A DNA stretch of 63,999 nt, counting the filler, from Lenisia limosa (taxonomy: Eukaryota > Protista > Breviatea): NCBI GenBank assembly GCA_001655205.1. It is 12 parts of 12 records of this genome, joined end to end, with 100 filler letters (N's around TTAATTAATTAA, not from the genome) between each part and the next. Parts side by side here need not be neighbours in the genome. Positions count along the whole stretch, not along the records: positions 50,317 to 53,122 come from LPNZ01009137.1; positions 53,223 to 56,002 come from LPNZ01009896.1; positions 56,103 to 60,057 come from LPNZ01000260.1; positions 60,158 to 62,725 come from LPNZ01001305.1; 8 more parts are not named here. One strand, 5' to 3'. Each line of letters opens with the position of its first letter. Positions within the stretch are counted from its first letter, which is position 1. The position numbers and the translations under genes are program-made. The notes beneath the pieces were generated by a model. The model saw only the letters and a list, made by a program, of their open reading frames with translations. It did not search any database and was not told the DNA's origin. Of this stretch, positions 50,460 to 60,603 are shown piece after piece.

Positions 50460-52805
50460 TACATTGGCAACTCGGGTTGTTAGAGCCGCTGCAAGAACCG
50501 CTGAGATACTGACCGGAGGAGCAAGAGGCCGAAGTGGTACAAGCTNNNNNNNNNNNNNNNNNNNNNNNNNNNNNNNNNNNNNNNNNNNNNNNNNNNNNNN
50601 NNNNNNNNNNNNNNNNNNNNNNNNNNNNNNNNNNNNNNNNNNNNNNNNNNNNNNNNNNNNNNNNNNNNNNNNNNNNNNNNNNNNNNNNNNNNNNNNNNNN
50701 NNNNNNNNNNNNNNNNNNNNNNNNNNNNNNNNNNNNNNNNNNNNNNNNNNNNNNNNNNNNNNNNNNNNNNNNNNNNNNNNNNNNNNNNNNNNNNNNNNNN
50801 NNNNNNNNCCGCTGCAAGAGCCACTGAGATACTGACCGGAGGGACAAGATGAGGTGCAAGCTGGAGGGGGGGTGAGAGAAAGCAATGAGAAATAAAACAA
50901 GGCTGTATTTGGCAGAAGCTGTCCACACTGATATGACTAATATGTACAGTGACTGGGATAAGTCTTGACCGATTTGCTTCTAATTCCCAAGGAAAAAAGG
51001 CCAAGACTTATCCTGGTCACTGTATAGCATAGCTATTCAGGCCGAAACCGCCCACATCATATCTTGAGTTTCCCTACAGTCAGATAAAGACCGGTAAAAT
51101 ATCGATGTTTATCGAGGATTTATCGAGAAATTCTTTCGCTTCTAGATGACAACACAGTAAGGTTTCCTTTCGTATCTTTGTTATTTTTTTAATATTTAAC
51201 CTTATTTTTTTATTATTCAGTCTTATTTTGTTACATAAGGGAAGCTCCCCTCCCAGCGTACTCTTGCAAGTCGGGTTGCTATTGGTGCTGCAGGTGCCGC
51301 TGAGATACTGCCCGGAGGGGCAAGATGTGGTGCAGGCTGTNNNNNNNNNNNNNNNNNNNNNNNNNNNNNNNNNNNNNNNNNNNNNNNNNNNNNNNNNNNN
51401 NNNNNNNNNNNNNNNNNNNNNNNNNNNNNNNNNNNNNNNNNNNNNNNNNNNNNNNNNNNNNNNNNNNNNNNNNNNNNNNNNNNNNNNNNNNNNNNNNNNN
51501 NNNNNNNNNNNNNNNNNNNNNNNNNNNNNNNNNNNNNNNNNNNNNNNNNNNNNNNNNNNNNNNNNNNNNNNNNNNNNNNNNNNNNNNNNNNNNNNNNNNN
51601 NNNNNNNNNNNNNNNNNNNNNNNNNNNNNNNNNNNNNNNNNNNNNNNNNNNNNNNNNNNNNNNNNNNNNNNNNNNNNNNNNNNNNNNNNNNNGAATACTA
51701 TTACTCTGCTGAACTACAATTACCTAAACAAGAGGCAATGCAGATACGAGTCAGGACTTATCATGGTGTAGAAACCAAGTTGCTTACAGAGGCAAATGGG
51801 GTTGTTGTTGAGAGAGCAGGTGCCTGCAAGGTACTTTCCGGAGGGGCAAGATGAGGTGCAAGCTGCGGGGGGGGGNNNNNNNNNNNNNNNNNNNNNNNNN
51901 NNNNNNNNNNNNNNNNNNNNNNNNNNNNNNNNNNNNNNNNNNNNNNNNNNNNNNNNNNNNNNNNNNNNNNNNNNNNNNNNNNNNNNNNNNNNNNNNNNNN
52001 NNNNNNNNNNCTAGAATCACACGTGGGTAGAAAACGAAAAAAAAGAGGGTAATGTGGTGCTGAGAAGAACGAAGGGAAATTTTGGCAGATGAACTGAGGT
52101 GAAAGAAGCAGTACAATATCATATGCAATTTCAGCGTAATCTATTGAGTAAAAATGGCATAAACATGGGGAAAAAATCATGAAAAAGTGGCGAAAAATTG
52201 ATATAATATGAGGAATAGCAGCGTAAATTGGCGTAAATAGTGGCGTACTAGCGCAGTGTTTGTTGCTGGTGCCGCCGCAGGTGCCAGTCAGATATTGTCC
52301 AGAAGCGCAAGACGTGGTACAGGCTGGGGGGGGGGGGGNNNNNNNNNNNNNNNNNNNNNNNNNNNNNNNNNNNNNNNNNNNNNNNNNNNNNNNNNNNNNN
52401 NNNNNNNNNNNNNNNNNNNNNNNNNNNNNNNNNNNNNNNNNNNNNNNNNNNNNNNACGAAACAATAAAACAATGTTTCATGGAGGAGTCACACCTAGAGC
52501 TTCCCAGCGATCCTGAAATACACGGAATTTCTCGATTAATCCTCGACAAATATCGATATTTTGTCGGTCTTTTTTGGACCACACCCTATTGCTCTCAACC
52601 CTAGCCTTGGGTTAACTTCGGTTTGAAAAAACTCTGAAAAATATCGATAGTTTTCGAGGATTTATCAATAAATTCAGTCTTTTTTCGAACCGAAATGAAG
52701 CCCTACTTACACCCCTTCCCGTCCCCTTACCAGCGCAAGTAGGGTTGCTATTGCTGCTGCAGGTGCCAGTAAGATATTGGCCGGAGGAGCAAGATGTGGT
52801 GCAGG
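50460..52805 (-). CDS. Fragment of an extracellular Cys-rich repeat protein (TNFR-like C-x3-C-x9-C-x7-C units), one repeat per exon
   Basis: Six visible ~75-nt exons, e.g. ACTTSCSSGQYLTGTCSSNSNPTCA, ACTTSCASGQYLTGTCGGTSNKHCA, ACTSSCPSGKYLAGTCSLNNNPICL, ACTTSCPSGQYLSGTCSTNSNPTCK and ACTTSASCSSGQYLSGSCSGSNNPSCQ. More may lie in masked blocks. Confidence 0.85.
50947..51022. mobile_element. MITE family B (Tc1/mariner-type ends), representative copy
   Basis: TA|CAGTGACTGGGATAAGTCTTGACC ... GGCCAAGACTTATCCTGGTCACTG|TA: TA target duplication and CAGTG termini. Other copies at 15525-15600, 19851-19925, 20362-20439 and 62600-62681, with a remnant near 59000. Confidence 0.88.
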
Positions 52806-53764
52806 CTGAGGGGGGGGGAGTTAAATTGGAAATTTATGAAACAAAAAAGCCCAAGTCAACTCTGGGTAAAACAGTTTATATCACAGGTAGTGCTTCACTT
52901 CGGTTTTAAAAAGCCTGGTATAATATCGATAGTTTTTGAGGATTAATCGAGCAATTCAGTCTTTTTAAGAACCGAAATGAAGGGTCTAACCCCCCAAACC
53001 AATCAAAACTATATATTACCCTAAGGCCTTCACTTCGGTTAAAAAAGACTGAATTATCGATAAATCCTCAAAAACTATCGATATTTACCACTCTTTTTCG
53101 ACAGAAGTGAAGCCCTAATTACNNNNNNNNNNNNNNNNNNNNNNNNNNNNNNNNNNNNNNNNNNNNTTAATTAATTAANNNNNNNNNNNNNNNNNNNNNN
53201 NNNNNNNNNNNNNNNNNNNNNNCCATCACTCTTATAAGATATTATTGGATTATGGTATCATATTAATGAACACAATACTAGCTTCATATACATGTATATT
53301 TACAGATACCTCCAAAACACAGCAAAACAAGGATCCTCTTTTTTAACCGCGCAAAATCAAGATACCTCCAGCAATAGACGTGTCATAGCTTATCACTGTT
53401 CTTAATATCTCCAATACACTATGGTGATTTGTAACATTGTATCCCAATTTGAAGCTTTATTATTTCTTGCACAAAAAAANNNNNNNNNNNNNNNNNNNNN
53501 NNNNNNNNNNNNNNNNNNNNNNNNNNNNNNNNNNNNNNNNNNNNNNNNNNNNNNNNNNNNNNNNNNNNNNNNNNNNNNNNNNNNNNNNNNNNNNNNNNNN
53601 NNNNNNNNNNNNNNNNNNNNNNNNNNNNNNNNNNNNNNNNNNNNNNNNNNNNNNNNNNNNNNNNNNNNNNNNNNNNNNNNNNNNNNNNNNNTAATCTACT
53701 GATCAAATTTATCGAGGATTTATCGAGATTCAGTCTTTTATGGGAACATACTCTACACACCCAC

Positions 53765-55820
53765 CCTTGAAGCCTTCTTCGCAGGTCATTTCAAAGCTAT
53801 CTGTCCAGCTGGCAGGGAACACCTCATCACTAGCACTGTGGGGGTCAAAAAAAAAAAAAAAAAAANNNNNNNNNNNNNNNNNNNNNNNNNNNNNNNNNNN
53901 NNNNNNNNNNNNNNNNNNNNNNNNNNNNNNNNNNNNNNNNNNNNNTATTGGCTAGCATTTGGAAAGCACACAAGGGTTGAAAACAACAAAACAAAAACAA
54001 AGCACAGGACAGTTGGTGGTGGGGGGAATAAATTAATGTTCTATGAATCTGGGCTTACGGCAGGACATAATCCCATGACGCTTACGGCATGATGCAGGCG
54101 GTGTTGGAGGTGGTGGGGAGGTACGTCAAATACTCGTTGTTGATACAGGTTTCACACATGGAACCTGGGGTGGTGGTGAAATTGGAATATTTATGAAATG
54201 GAAAAAAAATAATCATAATCAAAAAAAGCCCAAAATCCATCCCCTACCCTGCTCATACCACCCTTCTTCCTCCTACCTTCGTGACCACGTGCGCATCTGG
54301 GCTCTCCATCACCCTCGAATTGCTGGAACTTCGGATTGACCACTGCGCCAAGTGAGGGAAGGAATGAAGGAGAAGTGAGGGGATGTTAGGGTGTTTTATT
54401 TGGTACGAAGGGGAGAAAGGGGGGGGGGGGNNNNNNNNNNNNNNNNNNNNNNNNNNNNNNNNNNNNNNNNNNNNNNNNNNNNNNNNNNNNNNNNNNNNNN
54501 NNNNNNNNNNNNNNNNNNNNNNNNNNNNNNNNNNNNNNNNNNNNNNNNNNNNNNNNNNNNNNNNNNNNNNNNNNNNNNNNNNNNNNNNNNNNNNNNNNNN
54601 NNNNNNNNNNNNNNNNNNNNNNNNNNNNNNNNNNNNNNNNNNNNNNNNNNNNNGCATGAAGGGAAGTTAGGCAGTGAGTTTGTTAACACTTTTACGCATG
54701 ATGAAAAGAGCTTCATTTCGGTTCGAAAAAAGAATTACCCCCCCTTCAATACTATTTAGCATCTTTATTAGGGCTTCTTCACTCTGGTCTGAAAAAGTCC
54801 GATGCAATATCGATAATTTTCAAGGATTTATCGGGAAATTCGGACTTATTTCGAACCGAGTGAAGCTCTATTCACCCCCTTTTCAATTCGATTATCTTAA
54901 ATTGTTCACCCGCCCGCCCCGCCCCACAGGAGCATTTGGTGCTGCCGGTAGCAATGTCATAGCCAGGGCGGCACTTNNNNNNNNNNNNNNNNNNNNNNNN
55001 NNNNNNNNNNNNNNNNNNNNNNNNNNNNNNNNNNNNNNNNNNNNNNNNNNNNNNNNNNNNNNNCCTAATTGTGTTAAGTGGGTTAGAAATGAGCAAATGT
55101 TCCCATATATGGTTAGTGGGTGGAATGATGAGCAAATGTTGCCATATGGTTAGTGGGTGGAATGATGAGCAAATGTTGCCCTAATAGTAGTGAAAATGAT
55201 TGGGCGACTATTTATATTCGTGAGAAGCATATTGGTTAGCCCTAAGAGTCTGAAACGATGAGAAATAAAAATAAGGTAGTATCTGGCACCATCACGCTTA
55301 TTAGGTATGTTGGATGATAGTATTATATTAATTCACCCAATCATTTGCCTTACAACTCTGTGCACAAGCTTGCGTGACTCCTCAGCAAGAATAATAATAA
55401 ATGATCGAACAGCCCCCCCCCACCATATGAGCGGCGTCACATTCACATTCGCCGTTGATAGAGGTAGCAGTGCCTTCGGCGCAAACCGAGGCTGCGAAAT
55501 GGTCAAAATTAACTCAAATTAGTGCGAGATGTGCAATCAAGGGTTCATAAACCGGTGAAAATAAATATTATATCGGGATTTATCGTCTTATTTGGTAACC
55601 AAAATCAAGCACTAATGTATCATACTATTACTAGGGCTTCCCTATGGTCCGAAAAAGACCGTTTAAATATCGATATTTATCGAGATATTCAGTCTGTTTT
55701 GGTAAGAATATTATAGGCAAAATGTAGGTTCTCTTACCCGCCCCCCTCCGTCCCACGGTCAAATTCGCCAGTTTTATTAGTGCAGTCGTTCAGCTCATAG
55801 TTGGTGTTACAGAGGCACTG
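53765..55820 (-). CDS. Fragment of a Cys-rich EGF-like extracellular protein
   Basis: Exons LCNTNYELNDCTNKTGEF, ASVCAEGTATSINGECECDAAHM, KCRPGYDIATGSTKCSC, VNPKFQQFEGDGEPRCARGHE/GSMCETCINNEYLTYLPTTSNTACIM and ASDEVFPASWTDSFEMTCEEGFK, all with GT-AG flanks. Confidence 0.7.
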
Positions 55821-56748
55821 AGTGACGTCCCTTTATGACGGGGTTAGAAGCCTAGGGAAAATTCCGAGTGAACGGTACTGGTATTTCCGAGTAAAATTAA
55901 AGCTAAACATTAAATTTGAGTGTAAAGATGCATTAATTTTGACCCCCCCCGCGTGCCCACGTGGCGTCGTAATGTTTGCACGTGACCTTGCCGTCAATTT
56001 TGNNNNNNNNNNNNNNNNNNNNNNNNNNNNNNNNNNNNNNNNNNNNTTAATTAATTAANNNNNNNNNNNNNNNNNNNNNNNNNNNNNNNNNNNNNNNNNN
56101 NNATAGATATAATAGTATATTATATATAATATACTATATGACGTTGACCCTAGATCGTACATCAATATGTATTTTTCAACAGCAAGACCCCAAGAAATTT
56201 AATATTTGTTTTCAGATATACTGTTGCGGGGTATACGTAACAGTCAATCTGTCATATTACAATCATTCCCGAAAAGTGACTTTCCAGTTCTCCCCCATCA
56301 CCCCTGCCCTGACCCCAACGCCAATTTCCATAATCGACGCGCCAGCCACGCCATTTATGCGCGCAGCCATTCAGGATGCTGAACGTGCGGATTGATCCGA
56401 TGATCAGTAGATCTAACCTCAACACCCCCCCCCCTCATAGAAGGTCGAATGGTGAAAGAGCCGTGAAATGATGGTATTGGCTTTTTTGTTCTTAATGTAG
56501 TTTTCTTTTTTTCGGATATCTTTGGAAAATATGAGGCCCTGAGAGCAATGAGCCCACAGAGTGTCTTTTGGAATCGTAAGTGAAGCTCTACTCAGAGTAC
56601 CACTATCGTTTGTGTAGGAGGAATATAGGCAGTTAATTGGTGAGATGGTGAGAAAGAGTCTTCTGATCGCAACCCCATTTTTTATTAGATAGGATGTCCC
56701 CATTAATAAAAAGATCAATAAAACAATTCATAGGAGAACAAAAACTAT

Positions 56749-59700
56749 CTAGCCCATCATTCCCTCGAAGCGATCTCCTCCACCTCTTCCGAGCAAACTT
56801 CCTCGCTCGTTCCCCCTTCCTCTTCCTCTTCCATTTCCTCGTCCTCTTCCATTTCCTCGTCCTCTTCCATTTCCTCCTCCTCCTCCATTTCCTCTTCCTC
56901 TGCCTCTGCCACGTGTTCCTTCATAGTAGTTGGGCATGAGGTTCAGTCTGAATGCATCTGCGGCAGCTTTTTCTTCAGGGGTCATATTCACTGCAAATGT
57001 GAGTTGTGGCTGCCAGCTTGAGTCATATTCACTAAAATACAAGTGGATGTTGTCTCAGCTTGAGTCATATTCACTAAAATACAAGTGGATGTTGTCTCAG
57101 CTTGAGTCAGATTCACTAAAATACAAGCTGTTACAAAATTTCAGTCACAGCTTTCCCAAGTGAAACTGATAGGTCAGTCCCTACAAAAGATTGATATGGA
57201 TCATATCATAAACGGCGAATTGTTCGACGGTAATAAAACATGACAAAGGATGGGATGAGAGCTTCACTTTCGGTTGCAAATGAAGTGTAATCAAGCAAGT
57301 GAGGCTCTCAGAAGAACTAAATAAACATACTGTTTTGGGTTCGAAGATCTGAAGCATGTTGCTGGTGATTGACCGACGCCTTCATAAGGGTGCTGTCGGG
57401 AGGTAAATGGCTGGTCAAATCTTTTTAGTATTTGAAACTAGGATCAAAGAGAGCAGTATACTTTAAAAGGTGTTATTGTCTGGGAGGATTTCTTGAGAGT
57501 TAAGGATCCAACTAATATGATGGATTGAGTTGCTTGAGTGTTGTTTAAGTGAAGATAGAGACAAGGAACATCATTATACAGTGGTCAATTCGGATTAGCT
57601 CCCAAAAAACCATCCTTAAGCTGGTATAACCCAAGCCCTCCTACTGGCTATTGATAATTGGAGGAACCTTGTATTGCTAAATAGTCAAGATGGATCAAGA
57701 AATAATTAAAATACGATGTAAGTGTTGTCAGGAAAAACCATAATTAAGATGGGAGAGCTTATGATGTGCTGTTAAAAAATTCAAATATCGATGTATGTTG
57801 TCAACTTGTGACTCTTCATCACCAACAGTTTCAAGCTCCTTCCTCAGCTCCTGAAGTCTCTCAATGGTTTCTGCCTCTCTTATTCTGGGCAAAGAGTAAA
57901 ATCACAGTGTTAACTGAATTCAAATTTAAACTGCCTCCAACATTTCACCCCCATACTTTTGATGAAGAGTCTCCAGATTCCCTTCAAATGTAGTGGCAAT
58001 TAAGGGGAAGTCAACATTGCTCATGAGGCTGATTTTTCGATTCAATTCTTCTCTGGTAATCATCTTGTCAATTAGTGAGAATACAGAAATCGCCATTGTT
58101 TCCAGACCTAAACCCCCTTATATTTATCATTATTTGAAGAAAATTGCTCTTAAGGCAATATAATATAATACCCATCAATACTATCAAAATCCTCCTTCTC
58201 CCCCTCCCCCTACCATATCCCTCTCCGCCACCACACTCAACTCACTTGTCTTCCCAACTTATACATTCACCCATAAATCCATACCTCATTTCCGTCTTCA
58301 TTGAGGAAATCATGGGTCCAGAATTCGTCTGTTTGGATGTAGTCTAGTGCACTAAGGAGGATGTCCAAGAGATGGGGCATTCTCACAATCTGTAGTATTA
58401 GGATGAAAGAGAATACATTTGCGTATCGGATATATACTACATCATCCCTGGTGATTTATCGAGAGGAACTAAATGAGGGGACGCATTAGTGTGATGAACA
58501 AGTGTCCGATTTCCCAAAATACAATAACTTACTTGTTTCACAACATCGACTGGACCTTCCTTGGGAGCTGGATGCGTCACCATGTTTTTGATATATCTGT
58601 CTATGTTAATTTATCAAAGTACATGGAATAATTATCAGAGTTTTTGGAATACTGCTCAATAACCATGTTTTTATAATTATGTCTATCATATTATCATGTA
58701 ATTTTAAATGTTAAAGAACATATATGGTCCTTGTTTGCGAGTATAACGAATTTCTATTTCTATGTTCTTGAGGATTCCCCTAGACTCTGCATAATCAATA
58801 TTATGATGATATTAACTGACAAAATTGGTATAAATTAATCACAAAAAAACTTTTAAATGAAAATTATTTCAAATACATAAAAATATCTCAACAGTCTTAA
58901 TATTACTCCTTGATTCAACATAATCTTACGATTGGTGTGATGCGCATTTACAATTTATTATGCTGAGTATACCAGTCCAAAAACGATTGTCCGTTAGAAA
59001 TCACGAAGCAAATCGGTCAAGACTGTAAACGAACAGTGTCCATTTTCTTGTTCAAGAGTAGCATACTGGAGTAGGCCTGGAAAGAATCTTGCAGGAGGCC
59101 GTCCACCACCATTCTTGATCTTTTTGTCGGTCTAAATTGTTAGATCGATGTTATCATAAACTTGAAATTAAAGAGCTCCGTTTTTGCCCAAAAAAGATGA
59201 AACCCGGTATTTATTGAGGACTTAGAAGTACAGCTCCAGATTTTACGATTTTCACCAAGCCAACATGGATTTGGAGTTTCTTCGGTGAGTGTTTCATCAG
59301 GATATACGGCCAGTTGTCGAAAGCTCCCACAATCCTGAAGTGTAAAATAACGACAAAATACTAGGTCGAATTTTTGGGCCTAAGTCGTGATTCGGCCAAA
59401 TATCCGTGTATCATACAGATTCCATCATTAAAAATTCGAGGAATTTATTGACAATTTGAAAACTAAGTGTGAAATTGAGTTCTTTTTATGCTTCTCATTT
59501 CACACTGAATCCAAGAAATATGTATTTTTTTGTATTTTCGCAGAAATCAACAAATTTCAAGAAAACAATTATTATCCAGAGTCCAATTACGCTTATTTAT
59601 GAATGCAGTTTACACAGCTTAGAATCCAGTGTGGGGAGATGGGTGTGATGAAACGAAGGTGATTAATTAAGATGAAGGGTAGATGTTCTGAAGAATATTG

Positions 59701-60040
59701 TTGAGAGGTTACTTGTTATAAACGAATCATCCATCCCCTTTGATGTCTACCTGGCAAGAGGCAATTTATTTGTTTTTCTATTCAGAAAATCGTTTTGGGT
59801 AGCTTCTTTCCAAGGCTTTTCCAGGAAGTCGTTTGGTAAAACGAAGCTTAGATTATCTGTCAACTCAGAGATCGTGGTCTGTATTGTTAAATAAATATCA
59901 TAAACCAAATACAATGTTTGCAACCGATTTTTATATGAGTATGAGCTGATTATTTCGACCAAAAAATCGAACAAAAAATCATCTAAATTTTTTATGTTAA
60001 GACAAGTCGAGAAAGTGTTTTTGTATTTAAAATTTGCCAA
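56749..60040 (-). CDS. Unidentified multi-exon protein ending in an RG/RGG-rich tail; 5' end truncated
   Basis: Last exon VNMTPEEKAAADAFRLNLMPNYYEGTRGRGRGRGNGGGGGNGRGRG...GMMG*. Upstream exons RIREAETIERLQELRKELETVGDEE, GLETMAISVFSLIDKMITREELNRKISL and IVRMPHLLDILLSALDYIQTDEFWTHDFLNE, plus the open stretch 59747-60040. That all belong to one gene is inferred. Confidence 0.5.
57012..57130. repeat. Tandem ~42-bp repeat (about 2.7 copies) containing a duplicated acceptor
   Basis: CAGCTTGAGTCATATTCACTAAAATACAAGTGGATGTTGTCT repeated. On the minus strand each unit carries TATTTTAG|TGAAT(A/C)TGAC. Confidence 0.9.
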
Positions 60041-60383
60041 AAAAACCCTCGTAAAACNNNNNNNNNNNNNNNNNNNNNNNNNNNNNNNNNNNNNNNNNNN
60101 NTTAATTAATTAANNNNNNNNNNNNNNNNNNNNNNNNNNNNNNNNNNNNNNNNNNNNAGAGTGGGGGATGAAGGGAGAGGCAGTACCGCAAAGACCGATG
60201 AAATATCGATATGCATGGGAGATTTATCGAGAATTCAGTCTTATTTTGTAACCAAATGAAGAACTCATTTAGTTGTTTAGAGTACAAGTTGTAGAGTATA
60301 GAGGGTGTTTAGTAGTTAGAAATGGATTAAATATACTCGATCAAAAGTAATCTCAATTGATTGGTGATTAATGAGTTATGACC

Positions 60384-60481
60384 AGGGCTTCTCTACGGTC
60401 CCAAAAAAAGACTGAGTTTATCAATAAATCCTCGAAAACATCGGTATTTTGCCGGTCTTTTTCGGACCGTAGGGAAGCCCT
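60384..60481. mobile_element. MITE family A, subfamily with AGGGCTTCCCTACGGTCC termini
   Basis: AGGGCTTCTCTACGGTCCCAAAAAAAGAC ... GTCTTTTTCGGACCGTAGGGAAGCCCT. The same terminal variant occurs at 19725-19798, 20680-20722, 25520-25612 and 55633. Confidence 0.8.
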
Positions 60482-60603
60482 AGTTATGCCTCAATTGCCA
60501 ATGACATCCCTATATAATGAATACTAAAGGTGTTTGATGATAAAAAATTCTAAGTTTTCCTGGATTATTTGTTTTATTAATTCTATATTTCACCCCTACC
60601 CCA

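Noticed and set aside
50398-54759. Track ORFs running through long X stretches
   Set aside because: They are open only because masked Ns hide stop codons.
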